This document shows positions 13,803-28,100 of a DNA stretch of 64,000 nt, in pieces. Within the stretch, counting starts at the first letter, position 1. Every line of letters begins with the position of its first letter. The notes beneath the pieces are model-generated. The model was not told the DNA's origin. It worked only from the letters and a program-made list of their open reading frames with translations, and did not search any database. Made by a program: the position numbers and the translations under genes. Origin of the DNA: the human T2T-CHM13v2.0 reference genome, Homo sapiens; the NCBI RefSeq assembly GCF_009914755.1, contig NC_060925.1. One strand, 5' to 3'.

Positions 13803-15009
13803 TGAAGTCTGTTGTGTCCCCACAGGGTCCTCTTGTTAAAACCTGCAGTGGTCAATTGTGACTGCACAGACTAGAACTTCACAGATGGGTTAATCCCACT
13901 TTCACATTGTGGATCTTTGACTGTCACATGAAAGACCAGGTGACACAAGACACATCTGAAGCTCTATTTCCTTGCTATTTTGAACATTATTTTAAGGGAG
14001 AACGAAAGTCCTTTCATTGTCAGTCCAGGTTTATTTAGATGGTGTCTTGGTCAGCTTTCAGAGCCTAGGTCACATTGTTCATATTCTTGACTTTTTGCTC
14101 TCTTAGCTAGCATGACAGGTTGGGATGAATTTCCCTCTTTCCTCAAAGTCTGGTGACTGCATCCAGTCTCTAAGGATGTGATGCTACCCATGGCCCTTTT
14201 CTGACTTCGAGATTGGACAGGCCAGTCACACTTCTATTTATTGGGTATATATAAAACCCACTCCAGTGAACAGAACTGAGCCCCATGAAGGCAGGAACTA
14301 CACTGTGTGTAGTGTCTCATAGTTGTGGTTAGTTAATATTTTTGACAAATTGACCTGCAGGCTCACCTACTCTAAAACAAAAGACATACTTTACCTTTGC
14401 CTACCAAAGTTTGACTTGAAAGCTTTTAAGTTTGTCTGGTCTGTCAGGTGAAAAGCCACTCAGTAAAGTCAAACAGATACACCTCTTAGATCTTGGAATA
14501 TGGCCCACAGAAATGGATTCTTCTGGAGCCAGAGTACCTCAAGATGTTGGCTTTCCTGAGGGTTTTAGTATTATATATACTTGTATTTTTAAAAATCCAT
14601 CTCTGTATTCATGGAATTCTTTAATATCTTTGGCTGTTGTTAAAAGCAAGAATTGGCCACCCTGAGGGTTTGTAGACTAGTTTTGGCCTGTGACAGGAAT
14701 CCTTTTTAATTCTAGCTTTGTTTATGAACTAGATGTAGTTTGTCTCAAATTAATTCTCGATGTTGAAAACACTGAGGACAGATTCTTGAGCAGAATTACC
14801 AGTTATAAGCCTGGAAGGTGAGGTGGTGGACACCCAAATCCGAGCTACTAGCTTGGTTCAGTCTTCTTAAAGCACAAACCATTTTCAACATCCTATTCTT
14901 TATTTCTAATGAGGTAAAATATGGACATGTTCTAGCCCTTCTTCTAAGCTTGATATTTTAAAGGTTTGGTACCACTTTGGTTAAGCTAGAAAAACAAAAC
15001 TTTTTTTCC

Positions 15010-15880
15010 TTCGTAAGTGTAGAGTTCTGTGAGTTCTGTCAAACATGTAATCAATCAATCATCAGCAGTCAAGATATTGAACTCACACCACCCCTAAAAA
15101 TTCCCTCATGTCCCTTTGTAATTAACTCCCATTCCCAGCTCAGGAGGCCATTGATGTGTTTGCCTTCCCTGTAGTTTTTCCTATTCCTGAATGCTATATA
15201 AATGGAGACTGTTTTTTTAAGAGACAGGGTCTTGCTATGTTGCCCAAGTGCAGTGGCTGTTCAGACATTATAGCATACTACAGCCTTGAACTCCTGGGCT
15301 CAGGCAATCCTCTCACCTCAGCCTCCTGAGTAGCTGGGACTACAAGTGCATGCCACTATGCCCAGCTAATGGAGGCTTTTGAGTCTGGCTTTTTATTTAG
15401 CATGATGCTTGAGACTTATCCATATTATCAGTAGTTCATTATTTTATTCCCAAGAAGTATTGCATTGCCATGGATGTACAAATTTATTCATTCACCAGGT
15501 GGAAGGCTACTTCACTGAATTCAGTTTTTGGTGATTATGAATAAAGTTGCTATATTCACATACAGGTTTGTGTGAATATGTTCCTTCACTTGGGTAAATA
15601 CCTACGAATGGGATTGCTTTGTCACAGATTATTAGAAAATGGATGGATTGTTTTTTAAACTGCCTGTGCACCTTTGCAGTTCCTCCAGCAATGTATGAGA
15701 GTTCAAGTTGCTCTGCATCGTAAGCAGAATTTGGTATATTCAGTTTCAATAGGTGTATGCCATTTTGGTTTTAATTTACATTTTCTTAATGATTTATGAT
15801 AGTATTTTCCTGTGTTCTTATGGCATCAACTTCTTTTGCAAAGTGTCTTCAAATATTTTACCCATTTAAAAATCGTTTTA
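15010..15880 (-). mobile_element. Old L1 (L1ME-like) fragment with a nested partial Alu (about 15212-15368)
   Basis: ATGAATAAAGTTGCTAT, GGGTAAATACCTA.GAATGGGATTGCT, CCAGCAATGTATGAGAGTT; the Alu part reads GAGACAGGGTCTTGCTATGTTGCCC. Confidence 0.65.
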
Positions 15881-17291
15881 ACAGATCTCATCTTATTACC
15901 TTGCTGGACATTTCATCTCAGTAGTTTCATTACTCCAAGTTAGGTCTTTCTGTGTGCCTTTTTTTTCTGGCTAAAATTATGTTACTTCCTTTGGTCATCC
16001 TGAGCAAGTGTGTGGCCTCTATTCAGATATATGCCTCTGTTAAAGGCATTCCACACAGATCCAGCATAATGATTGAGTTTTGCTTCTCACCTTTGTTCTC
16101 TCCACCCAGTAAGGTGTGGAGCTGTTAATAAAGTTCATTATTTTATTGGCCAAGATTATTGATGCTCATAGGTTGAAGAACCCATGACATTCACATGAGT
16201 TTGTATGTTCCTGTTTATAAACTCTACTTGTTCAAAGTGTCATTAATATTCTTGAGAAACTGGCAGTTTTATTATGAAGGATATCTGCAATTCATAGCAA
16301 TTACTCCTTTTTAACCTAGAGACACTGATTTAACTTAATAAAACCTGTTTATAGGATGAAACTTGTAGCTCAGTCTTACCAAGGATTTAAGGATTCATAT
16401 ATGAGTGTTTTTCTTTCTCCTTTACACCTAGTTAATTAACCTTGTATCTTATGTCTCACTTGCTGACTCTTCAGACCTTTTTTTTTTGGAACAAAAAGCA
16501 GCTGCGTGTAAATTACGACAGCAACTGAATTTTCCATGAATCATATTCACTTTTCTGAAGGCAACTCTGCATGCAGTTACAGAAATGTCCTACTGGGGCT
16601 CCTCCTTTGCCTACTTCAATTTTAAGAATTCTGAGGTCAGGAGAGGTAATAGGGCACACACCTAATTTGTTAATTAAGCAAGGATTCTAATGATATATCA
16701 CATACTCAAATCCTGGATTTTCCCTAAAATATGATTATTATATTGGGAATTTGAAAACATGTTGAGCAGTGGTAAAGTACATGACACACTAGAAGCCAAA
16801 AATCAGAACCCTACATTTAAAGTTCATAATAAAAGATCCACCCGAGTATAACCAATAATATTTGGTTTAGATATTTTATAGCTTTTCTACCTTTTTAGGA
16901 AATTTAGAGTGTTTTATTAAGTTGACCAGAGGTGTGGTATTATCAATATTATTTTGAAACTATTCAAAAATTCCTACTGGTTAAAAAGCTTTTTTTTTTT
17001 TTTAAATTGTGCTGAGGCTATGCCATTTTCTCCCTCTCTGAAGAAAGTATGTACCTTTTAGATACAGATTAACAGTAACAAATGGCCACTGAGCACTGCT
17101 TTTTTTCCTTTATGGAAACTTCTCATGTTCATGCAGACTAGCTACAACAGCTTCTTAAAAAAAGATACTTTTTGGCCACCAAACTACCTCTTTGGCATCC
17201 AAGGTAATGCAGGAAAACTTTGACCCAAAGTATTCCCATATATTATTTGCATTAAGCATGTCACTTATGAAATGAGAAGTGATCTCAAGGA

Positions 17292-18938
17292 TTTTAGTGC
17301 TGAATCCTCAACTAAAATTTTATTTCCTTGTGCTGAATAGAACACATACAGATCCATATTAAAAACAGTCATCATATTAGGCAAATTCAATCTGTCAATG
17401 TAGTTTTAGTCCAGAACCAAACCAGTGATAGTTAGGAATTACAGAGTTACCAACCAAACTGATTTGCTTTCCTGGTGGTTCTTTGTGTAACAGATGAGAG
17501 AAATAAAGTGGCAGAGTACCAGTGAACATTTGGAGAAAATACCTAATTATTTTCTTCCTAACCCAAGTTAGCCACTGAATAGTCATCTCAGAATAGTCAC
17601 CTCATCCCAGTTGGCCCATTAGGTTCCTGTGTGCTTCATCTTCTGTGAGAAAAAAAAACCTTATATCATTCCTTATTTCAGATGTAAGATGCCAGGTGAG
17701 TTATTTTCCACAAATTTCTTAAGCTCATTACTGGAAAAAAAAATTTCTCAAAACTTTTAGTAATGAATGAGTGTACAAGCAGCAATTGGATATTAATCCC
17801 ATGGTGCAAGGATTTCCTGCAAAGTACCTTTAATGTGTTTAAATCAGCAGCAAGCATTAGGACATGCTATTTTGGCCCCATAAGTTAGGTGTGTAGCACT
17901 ACACATTAGACACCAAGTCATCCCAACCAATATTTATCCATATGAACAGATAAACTGAACAAAAACATAGTTCTGATAAAACCTGCATTCACAACCTAAT
18001 GTAGTTTAAAGTAAATTTTTTCACAATTGAGGGCTGCTATTTAGGACTGTTTTGTTAATAATAAAAACAGGAATTATATAGAAGATAAAACACCATTTTT
18101 TACTGCTATATAATGTCTTGCTATATAAAACATACCCTCAACAAGTCAAAATATTTAAAACCAGTGTTTCAAATACCAAAAATCACAGCTATGTTACTGT
18201 TCAGTAACTCCACTCAAATAAATGTTAGTACTGCATTCTTGAAGGAAAAAAACTGCAGCCAAGGCAAGAACTCTGAAGTTTGCACTCAGAGTTTAAAAGA
18301 CAGACCCCTACTCTGCAAACTGAAGACTGCCACTCTGCTTCAATAACTCCAGCCTGCCACATTTTACTTCAATTGGTAAAGCACTCTGCTGAGAATATAA
18401 AAAGTTATAAAAAGGCAATCATAAAAGATTAAATATTGGTAGGCATGTAAGCTTCCTTTTAATAAAAACAAAAATAGTCAATGTCATCTATTTAAATAAG
18501 TATCCTTTGTTATAGAGTGTTCCAGTTATTGAAAAAGGGCCCTTAAAAAACCCAACTGTCTACATCTTTAAACCCTACCCCTTTTACCCCATAGTACACA
18601 TTTGAGGGAAGAGTCATTTAATGTGCAAATTGGCAAAACAAATGTGGAGGAGAGGGGACTTCTTGAAATGATGTGCCCAATCAATTCTTGGTTTATTCTT
18701 TTCCAAAAAGTAAAATAACCAAAGTCTTAAAAGTACACAAAACAGACCTTCATCTTTGCATTCCTTTCCAAATAAACCCAAAAAGTATGTACAGCATGTT
18801 TAATAGTATGCAATATGCAAAAGCTTTGTGTTGCTGTTAGCAACATCTATACCCACCCACCCTCTTTATTCACAAGTGTACCTCTACTAACCATAATTAC
18901 ATCACTAAGCCTGTTAGTTTGAGAGGGTCTTAAATTTG
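17292..18938 (-). other. IVNS1ABP: IVNS1ABP 3'UTR with tandem poly(A) signals
   Basis: Minus-strand AATAAA at 18865-18870, 18692-18697 and 17319-17324; ATTAAA at 18458-18463 and 17829-17834; the distal end is approximate. Confidence 0.75.
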
Positions 18939-19192
18939 TTAAAACTGGAAAATCTTTGTATAGGGGCTCCATTCATTTGACTCAAGGTTATAGACTTCCA
19001 CCGTATTCAGAAATTCATTGCCATCGAATCCTCCCACTGCATAAATGGTGTTCCCTACAGTTGCAATCCCAGCATTGCTCCTTGGTGAAGTCATATTTCC
19101 CATCATCTTCCATTCATTTCTAGTTGGATCATACATTTCCACACAACTGATGGCATGAGAACCATCAAAGCCACCACATACAAACAGTTTTC
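18939..19192 (-). CDS. IVNS1ABP: IVNS1ABP exon 15 coding part (Kelch 5-6, stop)
   Basis: [27 protein letters not shown]...[31 protein letters not shown]; acceptor CTCTTTTAG. Confidence 0.97.
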
Positions 19193-22100
19193 CTAAAAGA
19201 GAAATGAGATGGGGTAAATCCAGAGATTAAAGTGTAATAAGGTAAAACTCCCCTAAATCTGTCTTTTGCTTAAAAATCAGTGGTTTTAAAAATAGAAATG
19301 CCTGTTCATTTTGTCAAAAAGAATTTATTAAATGCCTAATATGACAAATACTCTCTAAGAGCTGGGAATCAAATCAATAAAAAAACCATTCCCACGTGGA
19401 ACTTAGGCAACTTAAAAGGGGGAGGGAGAGGAAGCAGTAGCAGCATCTAAATAAGTACAATTTTCACCAACTCTGTGGTAGTTACTATTATTATTTCAGA
19501 GAAGAAGAAAAGCAGGAAGAAGCTGGACAATTATCCTACAGATGCAGCTACTAAGTAGCAAACCAGAATAGTTCTGTGCACTGGACTTTATATCAGCCCA
19601 ATGTACAGAATTAAGACTCAGAAGAGATTATAGGAAAGCAGAAAAATATCTTAGGGCTTTCCAACTGTATAAAATGATTTTGGGGCCAGATGCGGTGGCT
19701 CATGCCTATAATCCCAATACTATGGGAGCCTGAGGTGGGAGGACTGCATGAGCCCAGGGGTTCGAGACCAGCCTGGGCAACACAGTGAGACCATGTCTCA
19801 ATTAAAAAAATAAAATGATTGTGGTACAGAAATTTCTTCTGGAAACAGAGTTATGATTATTTTCAAATAGATAAAATGTTAGCAATAAATACTCCGTAGC
19901 TTAGAAAAAATTTTATTACTGATTCTCAAATTCATTATTTTTTCATTTGACCATCACTTAACCAGCTTGCATTCTATGTATCTGTAAAGCACGCTGACAA
20001 TGCTCTAGGCCAACAGGCTGTGTCTACACTTAAGCCTTCACCAGTTGAGCCATAAGCCTGCTAAGGTTCAGCCTGGTACCAAAAACAATGCTAACTTTTA
20101 AATTATGATTATATAATTAGACATTAAAAGTCAATAAAATGGAGGTGGAAAGAAAGCTATGTCTACATTTAAAAAGTTTAATACTTTGGAAACTTGTTAA
20201 AATAGTCTAAAGGTTGTATTTCCAATTAGGTATGGAGTAGACAGTTGGAAAAGACTAGGGATTTGCCTTTGTTTTGCAGATCAGATTCTTTAAATTCTGG
20301 CTGTAAAGAAGGGGAAACTCAAAATTCAAGATGATGCATTAAGGATATGTTTTATAGAAGAAAATGACTTGGAAATTCACTCAGTGCACCCATCAAAAGA
20401 CTGGTGAATTAAGTTATATATCAAGTATTATAAGTCTTTGATTAGAAAATATATTTCTAAAGGACAAATCACCCTAATCTCCATTGCATCAAAAGAGATG
20501 ACTGCTTCTGAATTCTTAACTGTACAACTATAGTCATTGGCCTTTTCTCTCAGAGTTTTAGAACAAAGTCTTGCCACTATCTACTCTTCACCTCTCCAAA
20601 TCCCAACACTCACCATTAAGAACAGCCACTCCAGCTCCTCGCCTAGCCACATTCATGGGTGCAATTAAAGTCCAGGTATTATTTTCAGGATTGTATCGTT
20701 CTACTGTGTTCAGACAATTCCAAGATTCTGCACCTCCGATTATGTACAAATAACCACCAAGCTCACAGACTGCAGACTGGTGTCTCCCTACAAGAAAAGT
20801 CAAGTCAAGATTATTGCTACATCTCCCAGACTCTAAGTGTATACTACACATACTGTTGATTTGAAGGTCTTTAAAAAAAAAAAGGAAAAAAAATCAACTT
20901 ACGAATGTTAAGAGGGGCACAGCTTGTCCACAACTTTGTTACAGGATCAAATACATCACAATTTTTCAGTCCTTTTTGACCATATGGATCAGAGCCACCA
21001 ACGATGTATAACTTTCCATTCAGAGCACACACTCCTATGTAAGTATAAAATAAAGTTACATATTGATAATTTAATTATCATATTTAAATACTGGATATCT
21101 CAGGAGAAAACTATTATTACCTGCATTACAACGGTTAGTTCTCAATTCTGGAACAGGAATCCAGTCATCTATGTTTGAATCATACATCTCTCCACAACTC
21201 AGGTCATCTGAGTGGCCATTTGATCCACCTACCACATAGAGCTGGCCCTATGCCAAAAGTGAGAGATGAGAATTTCTAACATCCTGAAGTTACGAGGAAA
21301 AAGCTAAATAGGGGTTGCTCCTGCAACATAATGCGCTTACCATGAGTACAGCCATTTGAAATCGGGCTCTTGGTGTTCTCATGGGAGCAAGAAAGGACCA
21401 GTGATCTGTATGTGGATTATAGCATTCGACTGTTCGAAGACATTCCTCTCTGTTATAGCCACCTGGTAAAAAATAAAACCATAAAGATTTATGTTTAAAA
21501 TATTAAACTGGACCACGGTTTCCAGTCCTGTAAGTTTAAGAAATCTGCACAATGAGAAAAAGTATTAAAACTTTTTAAGGATGCCTTAGTTGATCTTTTA
21601 ACTAAGTGCTTGTAATAGCTGAAAAATCGCATTATCAGTACAAATAAACTGCTTAGTCTTGGCTTGAATATTAGAAAAATTTAGCCATGACATAATTTTT
21701 TTAAAAATTAGATACAGACATTGAACTGAAGGTTAGCCATATTCAATAGTATTGTTATTTCCCTATCTTATTGGATTGCCGTGAAAGATGGCATATTAAA
21801 CCCTCTCTTTGAAAGTTTGCATGTCACAAAAATGCCCATCTACATGCTTAGCCAGTTGAATGCTTCTGTTCTTACCTGCAGCTATGAGTTTGCCATTCAT
21901 CTCTGCTGTTCCCAGACCAGATCGTGCGTACTGCATAGGAGACATGGGCTTTTCGATTAGCTCATCTTGTTGCATCTCAAAGCTTAAACTCTTACTTAGT
22001 TTTGGAGTACTTGTTGGTGAGCTCTGTGGGCTGTTTCTCCCATGAAGAAAAATGACACAGAATATACCATCCAGCACAGCCAGGCACAAGTAAGTGTTAT

Positions 22101-25100
22101 CTGTAAGCACAAGAGTTCCATGTTTAAGATGTAATTATTACTTTTGGTTTGTGTATATGATCCTGAATTGGACTCCAGTCTCCACATCCCAGACTGGAAC
22201 AATCTGCTCTCGTTTTCCAAATTTAATTGCTTCTGAGTTTTTTCCTCGAGTAGTCAATTTAAGAGGTATTAAATTGGCAACACTCCTTCTTAAAAATAGG
22301 TAAGCTGAAAACAATCTGGCAAGTGTCATATACTTACTTGAAGTCTTTTCTGAAGCAACGATTTTCCACTCATGCTTAGGGCTTTGTACTGTAGCATTTG
22401 GAGAAGAGAGACATCCAGTTGAACTGCTACTTATCTGCTTATGGCCATTCTCACGTGGTGGCTTTTTCTGCAAAATCAAAAGGTAGCTACAGAAACCTAG
22501 CCAAAGACCACATCTGATGTACCTTTGTTCCTGAGCTATTCCACAACACTGAGTATCCTTCACCTATATATGACATTTATAGGACACTAACTTTAACTCA
22601 AGCCAACACTTTCCAAATGACACAAATTACTGGCATACTTCCATCTCCACTCAATGATGAGACAACTACGCCTACACAATTAGCCTAGGTAAGAAAAAGC
22701 TCAGTTTTAACAATTTGAAAAACATGTTGCAAATCAAGACCTCAGCAGAAGAAAAAACCAATCTATAATTATTTTTATATTAAGTATAGAATCTTTTAAA
22801 AGAATGCTATAAATTTAAAATAGTGTGAATTAACAGAGAATACATTTAACCCACTATTTTCATGAAATTGTCAAACCTAACTAAATCATATGTACAGGTA
22901 TCCTTCATACAATGCCAGCAAAACGTAAGCAGATATAGATTCATCCAGTTTCTCTGAAAGTACTTGACAGGAAAAAAGTGGCAATTACAAGAAACACTTA
23001 AAGAATATTTCTTTAGGATTACCTTATAGGTATTATAGAGTGGTTTTCTAGACAAAATTACATCAAAACACAAGAAAATAGTAATCAGAAATGAAACATT
23101 ACTAAAAACAACCAAATATTCACAAAAGTAGAATATACAGGAATACTAAAGAGGGAGAAATGAACAAAGCTGCCAATTTCCAAATGATTGTAAGAGAACT
23201 ACTTTACACATGTGTTCTCATGTATGAGTTTTCCTTGATGGCTTCCTTCCAATTACTTTAGCCTTTGCCACTTCCAAAGGATATGATCATATGGAATTGG
23301 AAGAGTAAAGACTACTCTGAGAGGAACTGCCAAATGAACAGGTAGCAACTTCAGCACCTGGCCTAGTTTGCTCATCCCACTTGTGCTGGTCCAGATGGCC
23401 AGAACACATGGATAGGTAAAATTTCTAATGGAAATTTCTGTTGCTAGTGGAAGCAAAAAGCCATATAACAAGTAATTGAGAAAAAGATTTTGCTAGCTAC
23501 TTGAAGCTATTAAGAAAAAGCTATATCAAAAGTTAGGCCTGAGTGTGGTTACAACATACGTAGGCTATTTTGAGAAAAGGCAGGGAATGTATCATTATCA
23601 ATGGTTATGATTAAATTCCACTTAGATGTTTACTATGTACCTAGGTATTACTAGGTACTTTATTTACATCATCTCTTTTAGTCCAGTGAGGGTGATATTA
23701 TCTACCCATTTTATAGATAAAAATATTGAAACTCAAGAAGATATGCATTGCCCAAGGCAATACAACTAAAATAAAGATTAGGAATTATGAAGATAAACCC
23801 CATCCTTTTTATACTATGACAAGTTATGTCATACTATAAAACAGATTTACACTATGACAGGCTGTTTTCCACTGTTACTAAAGTTGTGAATGCATCTTTC
23901 ATATCACTTTTATACTATGAATATTAAGAATAAAAAATAAGGTTAGACTTATCTAACCTTATCTATTATTATGAATTACAAGGTACATAAAACCTCATCC
24001 CAACCTATGGGAAGAAGGGATCCAAATATCACAAATGGATGATGCTTACATTGAGGCTGTACTGAAGTAAAAAAACTGTTCTAATGTACAAACTATAATT
24101 AAGAGAAAATGACTGTGAAAGAGAAAGGCCCAAAAGCAATGCCTAATAACAAGCCTAATATAGAAATGCTGATTAAATCCTTTATATGTAAAGAATATAT
24201 CCCTAAACCTTATTTTACATGACCTCCCAGAGAACTTGACAGTGTTTAGTCCTCCTTCAAACTTTCTTCTCCTACCTTAGGTAGCTTTTACAACATGATT
24301 AGATTCTTATTGTCCTCTGACTTTTCTAATGGCTTCTTCTCAACCTCCTTTTTCTATTCCTGAAGTCTAACATGTGTCCCTCGCATCCTCTTCATGATCT
24401 CTATTCATGGCATCACATTCTAATGAGTCACACATGTCAGAATCCCACTTATTCTCAAATTCTTTCTTTTCCCTAATCTTGCTAAGCAATCACTAAGGCC
24501 TGCTAAGTCAACCTTTGTAAATATAAATGTCTATTTATATATAGACATAAATAAAAAATCTATCCTTTCTCCTTCATGCCCCTAGATTAATCCCTCATCA
24601 TTTTTTTAAAACCTGAACTACTGCTGGCAATAGTCTATAAACTGGGCTCAAACTTTTATTGATTTTCTGTGTCTGGTTATAAAAATAGGAAGGGTCCAAG
24701 GCAACAATTTTAGAAAATAAAACCAGAAATCAGTTGGGATATTCCAGCCCAAAGACTGCCACCTAATAGACTGTTCCCCAGTTTTTCACCATTACTAAAG
24801 TGAATGCAAAACTTTCGTATCACTGTATTCTTACCTAAGGCTTCCCACTGCCTATAGGATAAAGTATAAGCCCCATTCAGGGAGCATTTACCTACTTTCC
24901 CAGTCTTATGACCTGCAATTCCAAGAGTATCATCCTCACAGATACTCTTTGCTAACACCTCTCCCTTTATCTGCTATGCAGACTCCTCTAAATCCTAACA
25001 CTGCTCAAAAGTTACCTCTTGTGTGAAATATCCCTGGCTTCTCTCCTGTCTCACTGTGTCCTCTCCTTTAGGCCTTTCGTAGCTACCTCTTATAAGCCTG

Positions 25101-28100
25101 TATTGTTTTGCCCACTCTTAGAAGGTCCTACAAGCAGAAACTGTCTCTTACACATTTTTGTGTTGCCATACCGAACATTATGGCCTGCCACTTATTGGGC
25201 ACTCAACCTCTGCATGTTGAAAATGTACTTTTAAAATGTTAACTCAAAATGTTTAGAGTTAAGGGGGAAAATATCCTCAATATATTCAAAATGCACAAAC
25301 ATAGGTTCTCAACTAATTCAAATTCCAAAACTTTTAGAAATATTCACTCACTGTTGCCACAGGACACCTGAGAGAGCTAACACCTGATAATTTGTAACCA
25401 TATAGGCTACTACTAAGTCTACCACTTACCCTCTGATTTTTAAAGAAAAGCATTCCTTAGTCTGGGCTGAGTCGACTGCTTTATAGCTTGTCCCTCAAAA
25501 ACATAATTTGAGCTAAAGGCCAAATAAAAATATATACTATATGACCATTTATATAAATTTTTTCAAGCATAGCCAAACTAATTTAATGTGTCAGAAGGTA
25601 GGATAATGGTTTCCTTTGGGAGCACTATACGGAAACGGTTGGGAAGAGGCAAGAGAAAGGCTGCCGGGATGCTAGAAACCTCTTCTTGACTTGGGTAGTG
25701 TTTACACTGGTAGGTTCACTATGTGGTAATTATGACTTGTGTACTTTTCTGTATTTGTCCATAAACTTAAAAAATTTATACTTGAGAAGTTTGTTCTCTA
25801 GTAATTGTTGATAATGTGTCTGAATAATTATGTGTTTACTCATAGGGGAAAAATGAAATTGGATTTTATAAAAGGCAAAGTAACTCAATCAGCACAGTGG
25901 AACTCTACTATATTTTAATTCATCTTGGTTAAAGAAACATCTAGATCAGGTTTTAACATATGATCCACCACTTTTAGACTTATTACATTGTATAGTCCAT
26001 CTTAACTATACCATTTCTAATTTCCAGTAAGACAGCTCAGTAGTTAAGGTAACATCCAAAAATTTCTTTCATAGCCATCAACAATTTAAGTCCCCCTGCC
26101 CCTTTTTAAAAAAAACTATCAGTCATGCCTGACACAAACAACTGCTTTTCATAATCTTCCCAAATAATTTCTATATTGTTCCATCTTATTGGCCTTTACT
26201 GTTTGTAATTCCTGCTTTATGAGAAAAAAATTTCAATAGGGTTTCCTAATTTGTTAATATCTTTTCATGTGGCAAAAATACTAACTCTAAGATATGCTTG
26301 TTTTCTCCCAAAAATGTTTCTGTCCAGTTATACCAATGAAATTGGTCCACTTTCCTTTATTAAAGGAAAATTTAAGTATGCTATCAAATTCTCTAGTCAA
26401 ATTTTAACCTGAGGTTACCTCAGACTGTGCAATGTGTACCTGCACAAACTGAATGTGGTCATCATCACTGCCAAACACCTCAGCCTGTCCATCTAGTAGG
26501 TTCCCATCAAGCAGCTTGTGATCAGCTGAGTAGTACAAGGTTTGAACCTGCAAAACAGCAACAGAACACCCATGTGGCTACGGTCACCATGGCTACTCCA
26601 CTAGTATGCAGATTACACAAACGCCTCAAGGTAACCTCCAGTGTGCTTCTTGAGCTTCTTGACATATTACTCTGGCAGGATCCGGAGGTAAAGAAAAATA
26701 CATGTCATGGTGGTAAAAATTAAAAAACAAAAACAAAAAACCAAAATCAAATACAAAATCTTCCAATACTGGCTGAAGAGTCGTTGGCTTGATTGGCTTG
26801 AAAGAAATCTTCATTTTTTTCATAGCTTCTATCATATAACAGTAAGAAAAAAAGCACTAGTACAATATATACTCTTAAAGAATATACATATTTACAATAA
26901 AATACTGAATATAGTTTACACCTTTGCAGATAAGTGGTCTGGTTTGCATAAACATATTTCCTTCCTGTAAGCAATGTCAAGAAAAACAAAGAAAAAACAA
27001 ATGCAAAAATTCAAGCAAGCTGTAGAGTCATCTCCATTGAGACAGATGCAAATACATGGCAAATGCATCTGACTTTCAAGTGGGAATCATAGAATTTAAA
27101 GATAATCTGTTAGCCCTTTTAGACCATAATGATGACAGTGTTTCTGCAGGCCTAACAGATTTGGTAAGCCCTCATAAAGGAACTCCGAAAGGTTTAAGTG
27201 GAGAGAGAAACTCAAGGTTACTCCACTGCTCCACCTGCGTGTTTTCAATTCCCACCATTTCTCCATCAATTTTATCTTGTGTATTTTTTTTAAAAGTAGC
27301 CCAAGTTAAGTGAGTGACTATATGTATGAACAACACCATTGAAAAACACACAGCTTTAAAGACAAGAATCCTGTAAAGGAGTAAACACCATTAAATCATC
27401 ATCGTTCTCTGCCCACAGCGGATTTTTCTTAGGAGAACTGGGGCAGGACTGCTGCTTCTTTACGTGTCAATACACTTGAGGTTTCTTCTTGTTTCTTCAG
27501 TCTTGGGTATCCTAGTTTTGTTAATAAACCTATGGGGAGATAAATCAATGGGGAGGAACAACCATTAGAAGCTTTTACCTACTTGTCAAATTTAAAGCAA
27601 AAACCTGTGAAGAAAAATTAAGAATCTACAGAAAATTTCAGTACCACTTCCCATTTCTAAAGCAAATTACATGCTACTTTAAAGAAAGTTAACAGCACAT
27701 AATAAGCAAAGAAATAAAAAAAGAAAAGCAGAAGACCAAACTGAACAGTTCATTCAGCTCACCTGGACACCCCCCCTGTTTCTCAGCTTAGGGGTACCTA
27801 TAGCAAAATTTAAATTCTTTAGGGTCATGGTTATAAAATAAAAGTGAAAGGGAATCCTTCATGTTATAGCAAAATAATTTTTAAAAATGGTTGAATCCCA
27901 TTTACTTTAAAACTAACCTCTTCCATCAGCTCTTCCAGACTGTCTCCATTCTCCCAGATGCTACGCTGCACCCAGTTGATTACCTTTGTATATAATTTGC
28001 CATTGCTGGGCAAGCAAACATTATCTTCAAGCATTACCTCCAACTAGAATTGGGAAAAACAATGACATGGATCAGTGTTGGGCTCCTAGTTCTCAGCTTA

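Noticed and set aside
24710-24958. 82-aa sense ORF in IVNS1ABP intron 8
   Set aside because: No ATG start, no recognisable domain, no convincing splice sites, and it lies in decayed repeat-like sequence
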